This document shows, one piece after another, positions 1 through 10,547 of a stretch of 55,606 nt of DNA. The stretch lies in IMG/VR virus record IMGVR_UViG_3300030106_005674, positions 1 to 55,606 of that record; one strand, 5' to 3'. The position numbers and the translations under genes were made by a program. The DNA comes from a virus (lineage: Duplodnaviria > Caudoviricetes). The notes beneath the pieces were generated by a model. That model ran no database searches and was not told the origin of the DNA. It saw nothing but the letters and a program-made list of their open reading frames with translations. Position 1 is the first letter of the stretch. Each line of letters begins with the position of its first letter.

Positions 1-260
1 CTATCGTAGCCCATCAGCTCATTAATGCTGTCGGCAGCAAACCCAGAGGCGTTGCCGATTCGAGGTGCCCAGTTTGCGGCTGAACCGCCTGTCCGAACAA
101 TGTGGAACGCTTCTAGGTGCCAGTACCTCTTTCCAAGGCCTGAAGGCAGCTCAATGGTCGTCTCTTGGGCTGCTGCAATGTCAGTATACGTAATCCGAAC
201 ACGGAAGTAGTTCCGACCGTTCTTAGTTCCCTGAGAAGAATATGTAATAACTTCAGCCAC
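1..260 (-). CDS. Partial small beta-rich virion-type protein (5' part; runs off the left edge)
   Basis: Not in the ORF track. GTG at 260 follows GGAGG and reads MAEVITYSSQGTKNGRNYFRVRITYTDIAAAQETTIELPSG..., open to position 1. Confidence 0.75.
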   Translation of the reverse strand, partial: MAEVITYSSQGTKNGRNYFRVRITYTDIAAAQETTIELPSGLGKRYWHLEAFHIVRTGGSAANWAPRIGNASGFAADSINELMGYD

Positions 261-270
261 TTAGGGCCTC

Positions 271-669
271 CTAGTATTGGCCTTGAGGGGCGATGAGGGC
301 CATCAGTTCGTTTTCTCTGCTTTTGAGAACCTTTCCAACAGGCTTAGCTGTCTTCGTCTTTTTAGTTCCCCATTTGCCGTTCTTAGTCAGGTACAAAGTG
401 TCTCCAGCTTCACCATCACCGTAAAAAGGAACGACCAAGAAGGGGACAAACTCTGCCCCTTGGCCTTGGTTAGACTTCTGGTGAGCAACAAAAAGTAGGC
501 CTGTACTTTTCTTAGCATACTGAGCATCTGCCGGGGAGACATACACACGGTGGGGAAGAGCTTCCGAGATGTAGACAATAGTGCCTTTTTCTACAGGCTC
601 TGTAGCTACGGCCCGGATGCAGCCCGAAAGGCCTGCTGTCGTATTTTGAAAATGATTCTGACGAGGCAT
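271..669 (-). CDS. Putative capsid cement/decoration-like protein (DUF2190-like)
   Basis: The pattern 'AVATEPVEKGTIVYI...AGDTLYLTKNG...PVGKVL' resembles DUF2190-type cement proteins; late-strand position. Confidence 0.55.
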   Translation of the reverse strand: MPRQNHFQNTTAGLSGCIRAVATEPVEKGTIVYISEALPHRVYVSPADAQYAKKSTGLLFVAHQKSNQGQGAEFVPFLVVPFYGDGEAGDTLYLTKNGKWGTKKTKTAKPVGKVLKSRENELMALIAPQGQY

Positions 670-724
670 ATTAAATCCTTAATTCTTGTCCAAAGATACT
701 GTTTTAGGGGGTCTTCTGTCAAAC

Positions 725-3700
725 CTAGTCGATGGTTCTTTTCTTGATTGGCTTATCGACTTTCTGCTCTTCCTGGAGTTCTTGCAGTGCTGCCTCTCCC
801 GCCCTGACCTTGGCCTGGTTTCTCCACATAATTGTAGTTTCAGGAGAGAATGAGTAACGGCTTTGGCCCATAAATGTTCCAAACCCGAATTTTGCTGCTT
901 GAAATATAAGTTTCTGCTTCTCTTCAGCAGACTCATACTCCAGCCTTGACAGCTTTTGGGCGTAAGGGTTTTCTGCGTAAAGGTTGAAGAAATTTGCCAA
1001 CTCACCACCGAACAGAGGCATAAGCTCAAGGGCTGCTACTCGGTTTCTATCTCCAACATAGATTTCTCGATCATTAACAGTAGTGCCCTTACCTGTGATG
1101 TAGGCTCCCAAACCCGCTCCAATGAGTCCGCCTACACCCGCTTTTTTGAGGCTCGCATTTTTTCCGCCCAAAGAGCCAGTCATCATAGCTCCGGTGGCCC
1201 CCATTGCAGCGATCATGTAAGGCTGGGCGCTTTTGTCCATAAACGCTCTCTGGTAACCATTAAGCCTAATCTGGTCGCCACGCTTGTAGCTGCCAGTCTC
1301 CACACCCCGTTGAGTGAGAAAAGCCTCGAACGGGGCGGACACAGTCGGAGTTAGTAGATCCAAGGTAGTCCGGGTGAAATACTTAGACTGTAGTTCTGGT
1401 CCTGCGGCGAGATTGGGGCTGATTCCCATCTCATTGAGCATCGATAGGCCGGCGCCCGCAAGGCCCATCATCAAAGAAGAACCAATCTCAAGAGTATCGA
1501 TTGTCGTATCTGGAGGCATGATGCCGAAAGTGTGAGTTACTTCTTGGCCGCGTGTTCTCCAGTAGTGGTCAATTGTCGCAGTATCTGCTGGGCTAATGTA
1601 GCTTAGGAATTTGTTTTGGGCCCAGGAGGGTCTGTAGTACTTGGCTGCGTGATCATACACCTCCTGTTCTGTCATGTGCTCATGCGCCAGCTCAGGGTCA
1701 GTCAAGTGAGGAATAGACTCTAGGGCAGCATACTTTTGCCGCAATCGAGAGGGGGCGCTCTCTCCCATCATCGATCTGCGGAAAGCTTCCTGCGGAGGAA
1801 GAGTTATCGGCTCCATGAACCTCCGAGCAGTTTGCCCGAAGCCTAGCCTCCAGAATCGGTAGAACGGAGAGAGCTTACCGATGGTCAGCGTCTCCCATCG
1901 AGTCATTGCGTGCTTCCAGTCGTACAGCGCGTTCTTTACGAGTCGACCTGCGTCTTGTGGCTTGTACCCTCTACGGAGCATCTCCATGAACAAGTTTCCG
2001 CGTTGACGCTGCTGAACGTGCATCGCTAACCAGGAGATGTTGTATCTCTGGTCATCAAGAGCAGATGCCGCTTTTCCGAGCCACGGAGTCTTTGTCCAAC
2101 TGTCAGGAACATATCGGTCAAAGGTGCTGAGAAGCTCCTCATGAACCATCGTATCCAAGACGCCCTCTTCTTGTAGCATCTTGCGGACTTCGCTGTACTT
2201 GTACTCTGCACCGTATCGAGTACGCAACACGCCCTCTTCGCCCCGCCAAATCTTGTTGGCGTGAGGGTTCATAAATGCGTTCCAAGTACTACCAAGCGTG
2301 TTTTCCGCCCCGTACTTCTTGGTCATCTCCGCTTGGAATCGTCGGAGGTACTTCGCCCCTGGAACGACGTTGCCCAGCATGTTGTAAGTTTCTCTCCCAA
2401 CAAGCTGGGCACTAATACCCGCCGCTGTGCCGAAGCCCTGCTCAAACCAGATCTGGCCCCAGTCTCCAATAAAGTTGTTCCAGAAGTACTTAGGGCGGGG
2501 AACAAATAGGCCAGTAACTACTGAGGTCTTCCACAGACGGTTGTAGTCAAAGTCTGGAAGAGTTCGCAGCAGTTCAAGCGGTGTGTCCGACCTTCTCAGT
2601 GTCTTTTCGAGATCCTTCGTGACCGAAGGCATGGCGTCATCGATGGTCTGGGCCAACGTTTGTGGCATGAAGAATGTGCGGCCCTCTTTGTCCAGACCAG
2701 TAGCAACTAGTTCTTTAGTGGCTTTCTGCCCCTGAACTGAGAGAATCCCCATACCCGTTGCACGTTGGATGTAGTTCTGAGTAAATGGGAGGCCCATCTT
2801 GTTCATTGTGGCGAGCATCGCATCAAAGTCTTCAACTTTATGGAGGTTGCCCGCAAAGAAATTGGCTGTGTCTTTGACGCCCTTCGGATCTACGTACCCA
2901 GTCATTCGAGCCATCATAAGGTTGGCTCGGTGTTGAATGGCTGCATGGCTCATCGCATAAGCGAGGTGCTGCGTAGACTTTACTTGGAGAGGTTTTCCCC
3001 CAAACACCTTGAAGTTCATATCTTCAATTCGTTTGATGAACTCAGAGAAACTGAGGCTGTCCTCAAGAATATCGTATGCCTGGTTATAGGCTCTGGCAGC
3101 TTGAGTTAAGTTCGCTCCACCGAAGCCCCACTCAGGGATGAAAGACCTTGAGACGGCCCGTAGGGGGAGGCCAGCAACAGTGCCATAGCCCTCTAGGTCT
3201 GACTTAAAGTTCAACTCCATGAAGTCAGAAACTGCTTTGTCCGCCTGCTTTTCAAGTTCTTTTGTTAGAGCTTTTCCGGAAGCAACTTGTTCATCGAGCC
3301 ACTTCTGTCGGTAGTCGTCTGCGCGTTTACCAAGCTGCCTCAAGCCCATTCCTCTCGGGTCATTGAGCATCTGCCACTTAGATTGCGTAAAGAGGTTTTC
3401 GGAACCTTCGTTAAAGAAGGTTGTTCGAGCCCGCATTACTGGCATCCCAGTGGTCGTTGTGAAGTACTCAGTGTATGAATCGATGAGCTTTTGAGCCTTT
3501 CGGGCTTCTGACCATCCCTGCTTTTTTGCTTCTTTCTCGATGTGCCGAGCAAGAGCTTCAAGCTCATCTCTGACATGCCCTGTTGCATGCTCTGCATACT
3601 TAGCAACATCGATAAGGTCGTCAGACATCAGACCAGTCCGCGAACGGACGGGGTCAAATGAGGGTCCAATCTTTTTTGAGAATGTAGCTAAGGTAGACCC

Positions 3701-6700
3701 AAAAGACATGTCAGGGTCTTTTCGAGCAGTCTCTAGAGCTTCTACTACGCCAATAGAATGTGCGTGCTCGTGAGTGTCTCTCCAAGTCTTACGGAGCAGC
3801 TTGGCCATTTCATATAAGGCCCGTGTTTGATTTCCGTCCAGAGCAGCATCGATTCCCTTGAGAGCAGCTTCATTTAACTGGTTCAAGACTTTCGCTACTT
3901 GTCCTCCGCCTTCAAGCGCCTTCTCTACAACTTCTCTGCCCACCTCGTTGTTGAGTATCGACATGAACATTGAGGCGTCGATTATGCGCTTTCCACCGAC
4001 CTGCTTATCGATTTGCTTTGTGGCTACTTCAAGGGCGTCGTCAACCGCTTCCTCAAGGTGGGCCATACTAGAAATGGACCTGTTGCCTTCCCGAATCTGC
4101 TGCGCTCTTTTCCTGAGAACTCCATTAAGGACGTTCGCTCTCTGCCCAGCCACGCTTGCCTGAAACTCTTTAGCGGTTGCCCTCTTAATCGCCAGCGCCT
4201 CTCTTGCAGCACTGACGCGAGCGGCTCCCGGACCTCGGAGGTCTTTTGCCTGGTTGTTGATTTCAGACTTGAGCTTTTTCCTCGCTGAGGTCGCTGCCTT
4301 CTCTAGCTTCAGAGCACGATTTTCTAGGAAGTCGGCTTCCTCTTGGAGGAGCTTAGTTTCTCCCTCTCGTGAGACTCCTCGTACTCCACGGGCTTCTCTA
4401 ACTCCTCGAGAGATTTTATTGGTCTCCAACATCTCTAGGAAGGGGTCATCCCAGGTCCGGTAAGCATCATCGAGAGAAGAGCGAAGAACGCGCATCTCTG
4501 CGACTGCTTTACTCATTTCAGTGTGGAGCTTCTGGTACTCTTTCTGCTTAGCAGCAATCGGCTTACCGGCTTCTTCAAGCTCTGCAGCCAAACGGTTGAA
4601 CCGCTCTCGCGCTTTGTTCCTGAGTTTGCGTAGCCTCTTCCGCTTGTTCTTTGCTTCCTTGAGAGACACTGGAGGCAGGTCAGAACCTGGAAGACGATCC
4701 TTGAGAAGCGGCTGGTCGAACCTCTGTTCTGCACGCCTAAGCGTTGCTTCAGCAGCCTCAGTCTTGCTTTTTAGTTGTGACCAAGATTTGAACGCTTCAG
4801 TACCAGAGATGTCGGCATCGTTTACCTTCTGGATAAGCTCTTCGACTTCCTGCTTACGCTGAGCATGGAGAGAATGGAGAGCTTGGAGGTCCTTAAACTC
4901 ATCCATTTCTCCTGCTTTCAGGAGTTCAAACTCTCTTCGAGCTTCTAGAGCACGAAGCTCGGCTGCAGCCAACTCGGCTCGCAGAGCCTCAACTTTCTTT
5001 TCTGCGGCTTTCCCCGCAGGGCCTACTACTGTAGAACCAGTGACGATACTGGTTCCGTCTTCAATTATTTCTGTTGGAATGGTTATGGGGTTTCGAACAT
5101 TTACCGCTGTCGCTCCACGTAAAGCAGAGTTCGGTAGAATTTTTCCTTCATCCAAAGCGACATCAAGAACATCGTCAATATATGTATCGCTACGAAGCTC
5201 AGCACGACCTGGAAGCTCATCGAATTTGACCTCCGCATCAAGGGCACCAGATGAATCACGCGGCTGTTGGCGCAAAGAGCGTTCCCTGTACTTGACGCCC
5301 TCTAGGTACTCTTCTTCTACTGGTTTTCCGCCCTTCATCCGGACTCGGGTAGAGTAGATGGGCTCTGCAATGTGGAACGTCTCTGGGTGATAAGCATCAC
5401 TGAGAATCGTGTTTGATCGTAACGCTACAATCTCGTCTGCACTGTTTACTTCCATCCAGCCGTATCGAGTTTTTATGTACATCTGGTCATCGAGACGGTA
5501 CACATCGCCAATGGCTGTATTGCGCTCAATTCTAGCGATGTTCTCAGCTTCCAGTTGCTCCAACCTCTTGAGGGCAAGCTCGGATGTCTCAAGGGGGTCT
5601 ACCTCGATACCGCGAATCTTAGCCTCACGCTGGATTGAGGCTGATTCCATATCCAACCATCGGTCTCGATAGACGCGGTTGGTGAGACGGCCACCCGGAA
5701 GAACAGCAGGACTCGCGTGCATCCCGGCTGCTTCTCCGAGAATCCAAGCCTCTCGGGCTGTCTTCTCTGCGGCCCGTTCTGCACCATTGACTACCGTACC
5801 TACCGCACGGTTTGTGCCCATAGTGACCAGGACTTCCTTCTCGATTGACTCTCCGAGAACACGGTCCTTTCTTTTGATGTCTTGAATCTTAGATTCTGGA
5901 ATGGCGTCAGACTCAGCCAGCTTGTCCAGCATCTTAGGTTCTTGCTTTCTGGATGCGATGAACCGTCGAGTAGAACGGTAGCCGCCTGCCATAGAGGTAA
6001 CGACTGGACTAATGAAATCGGAGCCGGTTCCGGGCGTAACCAAAGAGCTTATGCCCACGAGGATTGCCGCCCTACGAAGAGCTTTCTCTTCGTCTTTTGT
6101 GGCTCCCATCGACTTTGCATACCGAGATGCAAGGCTGTCGTAGGTAAGAGGTAGGAGTTGTCCTCGCCTCAAGTTGTGTAGATACCTTTCGGTAATCTCA
6201 TCGTCTCCAAGACCACGCTTAATCTCGTTGATGTCTGCTACAGACTGCCCAAGAAGGCGGAAAGTCTTAACGGCTGACTCTACTTGCTCTGCACCAACTT
6301 CAGGGAAGACTGATCCAGGACTAGTCAGCATAGTCAATAGGCCAAAACCTGCTCCCTTTTCGCCACCTGCAGACTTAGAGACCTCAGCTAGAGTCTGACT
6401 TCCAGTAGCTTCGAGGATATCGTTCTCTGTGAGGTATCGCATCGATACCCTTTTCTCTTTGTCCTCAGAGACATCTTCCCCGGCTTGAGGAGCATCGATA
6501 CCGCCCCTCCCTGGTACACGCTCTCCTTCTGTGTCAGTGTACCCAAAGACAAGCTCTTCTTTTGTCTTGAGTGCAGCCGCCAACCAGTTTGACGGATCCA
6601 TCCCTATAAGAAGATCCATTGCCCTATGAGAAGTAAAGTCTGCGTGTGTATCACTGAGGTGGACGGAGTACCTCGGAGCACCAAACGCAGAGTAGGCTGG

Positions 6701-8332
6701 GATTGCCAAATCGTAGAGACTCAGAACAGGATTAGCTCTGATTGACGATAGCGCGAGCTTGTCCATGTTTTCTTGGCCTATGTCGAAACCAAGAACTTTT
6801 CCGGACTTAAATTCTTCTACTAGCCTGTTCTGTTTCTCAACAGCACGGTCGATGTCTGGGTGGTAGAAGGTGACACCGCTGCCCGCTTTTGTGATGTAGT
6901 TCTCAAAGATGTCGTAGCGTCGGTTTACTTCCATCTCGACTTCGTTTTCCGAAGCATCAGTAAACTGCGGGTCGGCAAGAACCTGTGCCCTGAAGTGGTG
7001 TCTGTGTGCTTGTTCGACTTTCTGGAGGTCGACATACAGGTTTGCATCAACGTATTCGAGAATGTTGAGATCCCTGACAGCAACAGGAAAACCGCGCGCC
7101 CGCCCTGTAACGAGGTCTCTGCCGAAAGCAGCATCCTTTACTGCTTGTCTGTTCCTCTCGTTTAGCCACTTATCGAATGAGAGCTTGAACTGGTTGACCT
7201 GCGCTACAGCCTTCTTTTCTTGTTCTCGGCGCTCCTCAAACTCTTGGTCAATGCCCAAGATTTGTTGGCGCTCTTGTCGAGATACTTTTTTCTCCCAGGC
7301 CTCGTCTGGAATCTTAGCGGCTCGCTTCTTCCACTCCTCTTCCCACATCCGATAATCCCAGGTTCCATCGAGCTTATCGGTAGCGTAGTCAACTGGCCCT
7401 GCCCTAAAAGTAATCGGAGAAGCTGTTGCTCGCCGCTCTCGCTCCTTTCGTTCTGCAGATGGGTCGTAAGGAACCTTGGGTGGAAGCAAGATGTCGCGAC
7501 TTAGGTAGAAGGGCGCAGAGTTACCGTCGTCAACGGCCTCCTTTTCTTGGCGCTCATACCACTCCTGCTCAAGAGATATTCTGTTAATCTCTTCCGGAGT
7601 CAGGTCGTATGGACCTGTAGTTTCTGCCCGGAGTTTGCGGGTAACTTCTTTCGGGGAGTTTTCTTTGAGCCACTTCCTGTCTTCGTCAGACAGAGAGCTA
7701 AACCCAGTCTCGTGTGCCTTCTTATATATCTCAGAGCTTCTCTGGGACTCATTCCACCAGTCCCTCAAAGCTGCATAGGTCAGACCACCAACCGCACCGA
7801 CAGCCACGCCTTTTGGCCCAGCGACTGCACCTACTGAAGCTGCTGCCGTCGCTTCTGGACCAAGCGCATCAGCCACATCAGCAATGCCAATGTCGAGGGG
7901 CATGTCTGGACCCTCAACCTCGTCACCATAAAAAACGCGCTGAGAAAATTCTTCTTTGAGTCGGCGTACTGGAGATTCGGTCCAGGAGTACTGTTCACGC
8001 TGCCTTTTCAGGTGTGCTTTACGACCAGCTTCTGTTGCCCGTGCCCTGTTTATGAAGTGGCTAGTGGGGTGGCGTTCAAAGTCTGCACCATCAGATAACT
8101 CAAAAAGCTCTTTCTCTTTCGACTTGTCCTGGTCTACTGAGGACAGGTCTCCAAATCCAGGGTCGTCTGGCTTTGTTTGAATCTCCGCAATGGTTTGCCT
8201 ATACGGGTTTTCCTTAGGCTCATCTTTCGGAAGCGGAGGTGTGCTGGGGAGGGCAGTGGGAGAAGGCGCTGCGGAGCCTTTTTCTAGGATTTCTCCAATG
8301 CTCTGCCTGAATGGATTCTTTGGTGCTGACAC
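725..8332 (-). CDS. Giant internal virion/DNA-ejection protein (2535 aa)
   Basis: Last of three genes after the tail genes. No Cys seen; long coiled coil; C-terminal 'LWKTSVVTG...P.YFWNNFIGD' and 'SPFYRF' segments and Gly/Ala hydrophobic stretches, typical of podovirus ejection proteins. Confidence 0.7.
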   Translation of the reverse strand: MSAPKNPFRQSIGEILEKGSAAPSPTALPSTPPLPKDEPKENPYRQTIAEIQTKPDDPGFGDLSSVDQDKSKEKELFELSDGADFERHPTSHFINRARATEAGRKAHLKRQREQYSWTESPVRRLKEEFSQRVFYGDEVEGPDMPLDIGIADVADALGPEATAAASVGAVAGPKGVAVGAVGGLTYAALRDWWNESQRSSEIYKKAHETGFSSLSDEDRKWLKENSPKEVTRKLRAETTGPYDLTPEEINRISLEQEWYERQEKEAVDDGNSAPFYLSRDILLPPKVPYDPSAERKERERRATASPITFRAGPVDYATDKLDGTWDYRMWEEEWKKRAAKIPDEAWEKKVSRQERQQILGIDQEFEERREQEKKAVAQVNQFKLSFDKWLNERNRQAVKDAAFGRDLVTGRARGFPVAVRDLNILEYVDANLYVDLQKVEQAHRHHFRAQVLADPQFTDASENEVEMEVNRRYDIFENYITKAGSGVTFYHPDIDRAVEKQNRLVEEFKSGKVLGFDIGQENMDKLALSSIRANPVLSLYDLAIPAYSAFGAPRYSVHLSDTHADFTSHRAMDLLIGMDPSNWLAAALKTKEELVFGYTDTEGERVPGRGGIDAPQAGEDVSEDKEKRVSMRYLTENDILEATGSQTLAEVSKSAGGEKGAGFGLLTMLTSPGSVFPEVGAEQVESAVKTFRLLGQSVADINEIKRGLGDDEITERYLHNLRRGQLLPLTYDSLASRYAKSMGATKDEEKALRRAAILVGISSLVTPGTGSDFISPVVTSMAGGYRSTRRFIASRKQEPKMLDKLAESDAIPESKIQDIKRKDRVLGESIEKEVLVTMGTNRAVGTVVNGAERAAEKTAREAWILGEAAGMHASPAVLPGGRLTNRVYRDRWLDMESASIQREAKIRGIEVDPLETSELALKRLEQLEAENIARIERNTAIGDVYRLDDQMYIKTRYGWMEVNSADEIVALRSNTILSDAYHPETFHIAEPIYSTRVRMKGGKPVEEEYLEGVKYRERSLRQQPRDSSGALDAEVKFDELPGRAELRSDTYIDDVLDVALDEGKILPNSALRGATAVNVRNPITIPTEIIEDGTSIVTGSTVVGPAGKAAEKKVEALRAELAAAELRALEARREFELLKAGEMDEFKDLQALHSLHAQRKQEVEELIQKVNDADISGTEAFKSWSQLKSKTEAAEATLRRAEQRFDQPLLKDRLPGSDLPPVSLKEAKNKRKRLRKLRNKARERFNRLAAELEEAGKPIAAKQKEYQKLHTEMSKAVAEMRVLRSSLDDAYRTWDDPFLEMLETNKISRGVREARGVRGVSREGETKLLQEEADFLENRALKLEKAATSARKKLKSEINNQAKDLRGPGAARVSAAREALAIKRATAKEFQASVAGQRANVLNGVLRKRAQQIREGNRSISSMAHLEEAVDDALEVATKQIDKQVGGKRIIDASMFMSILNNEVGREVVEKALEGGGQVAKVLNQLNEAALKGIDAALDGNQTRALYEMAKLLRKTWRDTHEHAHSIGVVEALETARKDPDMSFGSTLATFSKKIGPSFDPVRSRTGLMSDDLIDVAKYAEHATGHVRDELEALARHIEKEAKKQGWSEARKAQKLIDSYTEYFTTTTGMPVMRARTTFFNEGSENLFTQSKWQMLNDPRGMGLRQLGKRADDYRQKWLDEQVASGKALTKELEKQADKAVSDFMELNFKSDLEGYGTVAGLPLRAVSRSFIPEWGFGGANLTQAARAYNQAYDILEDSLSFSEFIKRIEDMNFKVFGGKPLQVKSTQHLAYAMSHAAIQHRANLMMARMTGYVDPKGVKDTANFFAGNLHKVEDFDAMLATMNKMGLPFTQNYIQRATGMGILSVQGQKATKELVATGLDKEGRTFFMPQTLAQTIDDAMPSVTKDLEKTLRRSDTPLELLRTLPDFDYNRLWKTSVVTGLFVPRPKYFWNNFIGDWGQIWFEQGFGTAAGISAQLVGRETYNMLGNVVPGAKYLRRFQAEMTKKYGAENTLGSTWNAFMNPHANKIWRGEEGVLRTRYGAEYKYSEVRKMLQEEGVLDTMVHEELLSTFDRYVPDSWTKTPWLGKAASALDDQRYNISWLAMHVQQRQRGNLFMEMLRRGYKPQDAGRLVKNALYDWKHAMTRWETLTIGKLSPFYRFWRLGFGQTARRFMEPITLPPQEAFRRSMMGESAPSRLRQKYAALESIPHLTDPELAHEHMTEQEVYDHAAKYYRPSWAQNKFLSYISPADTATIDHYWRTRGQEVTHTFGIMPPDTTIDTLEIGSSLMMGLAGAGLSMLNEMGISPNLAAGPELQSKYFTRTTLDLLTPTVSAPFEAFLTQRGVETGSYKRGDQIRLNGYQRAFMDKSAQPYMIAAMGATGAMMTGSLGGKNASLKKAGVGGLIGAGLGAYITGKGTTVNDREIYVGDRNRVAALELMPLFGGELANFFNLYAENPYAQKLSRLEYESAEEKQKLIFQAAKFGFGTFMGQSRYSFSPETTIMWRNQAKVRAGEAALQELQEEQKVDKPIKKRTID

Positions 8333-8335
8333 TTT

Positions 8336-10540
8336 TTAGTTTCCAGGCTGTTTTTGTTCGTCTCGTTTCGCCTGCTCTTCTGGGAGATTGTTGTCCGTAG
8401 GAGTCTCCGAAGCGGCTACAGCGGAAGGATTCGGTTTAGACTCAAAACTACGTTCCCAGCGTGATGTGACGTTGCCCGCAGCGTCCTTTGGTGCGAATAG
8501 CTGACGGAACCCTGTCCGGAGACGGGCACCCATAACTTCTGAGCCCTTGTACTTTTTTGGGTCTTGGATGATGTCCTCATCCAGTTTCCGACGATCCATA
8601 CGCTTCTGCTGACTAGAGCGGTACCTGAACTCGCTTGTAAACGCTTTCCAGCCCAGTTGAGGGTCCGTGATTCCCTTGTCTCTCATGAACTTCTCAAACA
8701 TGGGCGAAGCCATTGTTTCCCGTTGGAACTGCTTGCCCTGGTTGCCGCCATCGTTGAGTAGACGCAGAGCCACGTCTTGTGGAGAGTCTCCTTCCCGAGC
8801 TACAGCGATTCTTCCTACAGAATCGCCCGGTGGACGATCTTTCGGAGCAGTCGGAGAGGGTTGAGGGGGGTCTCCCTCTCCGACTGCTGGTGCGGGTGGT
8901 GGGGATGGAGCAGGTTCGGGTTCGGCTGGTGCAGGCTGTGCGTCAATGACTTTCTTAGCGTTGTCGTAAGCCTCAGTACCGGGCTTCGCGCCTCCTGGAA
9001 TAAGAGACTCGGACTGTCCGGCTTTGAATACGTCAATACTACCGTCTGGGCGTTGTTGATATTCATAGCCCCCATCGAGCACTCTTTGTGCTTCAGGGGG
9101 GGCGGCTTCTGCTTCAGGTTCAGCCTGCGGCGGAGGAGGTTCAGCAGCTTCAGCAGGAGCCGGGGAGGTGGGAGGAGGTGCCGCAGTGGTGGGAGGCTGA
9201 GTAACACTAGTCATCGCTTCTTGCGTTGCTTGTGTCCAGTTCTGTTCAGTGATGGGTTGGCCCTGCATAGCGCCTGAACCATGTACAAGCCGATAAGAAA
9301 TCGCTTTAGACTCATCTTCAAGATTTCGCAGGTCTGTTTGCGTCTGCTCAATTGTGTCTAGTGCTTTTTGGTACTCGACATTGTCTTTCAGAAGGACCTC
9401 AACTCGACCACGCTGCTTGGCTCTGAGTTCGTCGATTGTTTTCTCATACCTCTCATCCGTTCTCTCTCTTTGCTTTTTTTCAATCCTCGCATCCCTAAAC
9501 AGCTCACGGATTTCGGGTCCAGCTCTTCTGTAGAATTTATCGGTGTCGCCAATGATTATTTCGTCAGTTAGGACGATTCCGCTATCGGTAGCGGTTGCTT
9601 CGAGTTCGTCTATGAAAAAAGCTCTTTCGGCTGGGTCTTTTATACCTTTCAGTGCCTCGTGCAGGATTTGGTAAAACTTTCCTTCTTGTCCTGGTATGAT
9701 TTCATCGATCGATTCTCCTCTCGCACCTGTTTTGGTTTGGAAGGCTCCAGATCCTTCAATCACCGCCGCAACTTTGGCAGAAGTATTCGTTCGGAGCCGT
9801 ATATCTGTGCTCCACAGACTCCAGCCTTCTGCCTCCTGACGTTTGGACAAATCCGCAATACTGTCACGGAGGTCTCGTCCCTGCTCTTTCAGCTCCTCCT
9901 CTGCTCTACGGTATTCTCGATCCCGAATGTTGGATGCGGTTCCTTCGGCGCCCTTTAGAATCGATGTCAGTGCTTCAAGCTGTGATTGATTCAGTTGTCC
10001 GGCAGCACGAAGGTTTGCGTTGACCGTTGAGTCCTGGTCGTTCAGCAGCTTTAGCAACTGCATGCGATAGGCTTGTTCTTGGGCGGGAGTCATAATTCCC
10101 GAAGATTTTCCTTGCAGAGACCGGCCAACGCCAGCGATCCCTTGAAAGAAACCACGTAGCGGCCGTTTAATCTTATCGGCCTGGTACTGCCGCATGCTCG
10201 TGATGAACTCAGGCGAGAACTCCCCGAGAGGCTGAGATGGGTCAGGTGTTCCTGCTGCAACCTGCTGAGGCTGGGAAGGGGGGAGTGCAAGTCCAGCTTC
10301 TCCGGGCCTAACGCCGCCAGCAAACTCTTGGTCTTCAGCTTGCAGAGGTTGTGTCGTAGGCTGAGTAGGCTCTAAGCGCGTCTCTTCGCCTGAAATTCGA
10401 ACAGCGCCTTCGGGCGGGGCTGAATCAACAGTCGAAGCAACAACACGATCACCTTGCTGATAGAAAGCGTAGTTGTTTGGGTCTTGCCCAGCATCAACAA
10501 TCTGCCGCTTGACTGCGGCAACATCTTCACCAGAAAACAT
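8336..10540 (-). CDS. Internal virion (ejection) protein, 734 aa
   Basis: Synteny before the giant protein; no Cys seen; helical with Pro/Ala-rich linkers. Confidence 0.6.
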   Translation of the reverse strand: MFSGEDVAAVKRQIVDAGQDPNNYAFYQQGDRVVASTVDSAPPEGAVRISGEETRLEPTQPTTQPLQAEDQEFAGGVRPGEAGLALPPSQPQQVAAGTPDPSQPLGEFSPEFITSMRQYQADKIKRPLRGFFQGIAGVGRSLQGKSSGIMTPAQEQAYRMQLLKLLNDQDSTVNANLRAAGQLNQSQLEALTSILKGAEGTASNIRDREYRRAEEELKEQGRDLRDSIADLSKRQEAEGWSLWSTDIRLRTNTSAKVAAVIEGSGAFQTKTGARGESIDEIIPGQEGKFYQILHEALKGIKDPAERAFFIDELEATATDSGIVLTDEIIIGDTDKFYRRAGPEIRELFRDARIEKKQRERTDERYEKTIDELRAKQRGRVEVLLKDNVEYQKALDTIEQTQTDLRNLEDESKAISYRLVHGSGAMQGQPITEQNWTQATQEAMTSVTQPPTTAAPPPTSPAPAEAAEPPPPQAEPEAEAAPPEAQRVLDGGYEYQQRPDGSIDVFKAGQSESLIPGGAKPGTEAYDNAKKVIDAQPAPAEPEPAPSPPPAPAVGEGDPPQPSPTAPKDRPPGDSVGRIAVAREGDSPQDVALRLLNDGGNQGKQFQRETMASPMFEKFMRDKGITDPQLGWKAFTSEFRYRSSQQKRMDRRKLDEDIIQDPKKYKGSEVMGARLRTGFRQLFAPKDAAGNVTSRWERSFESKPNPSAVAASETPTDNNLPEEQAKRDEQKQPGN

Positions 10541-10547
10541 TTTTTAC

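Noticed and set aside
725-8332. Giant protein as a virion RNA polymerase (N4- or crAss-type)
   Set aside because: No DxDxD-type or T7-like RNAP catalytic motifs seen; the DFD occurrences lie in ejection-protein-like context.
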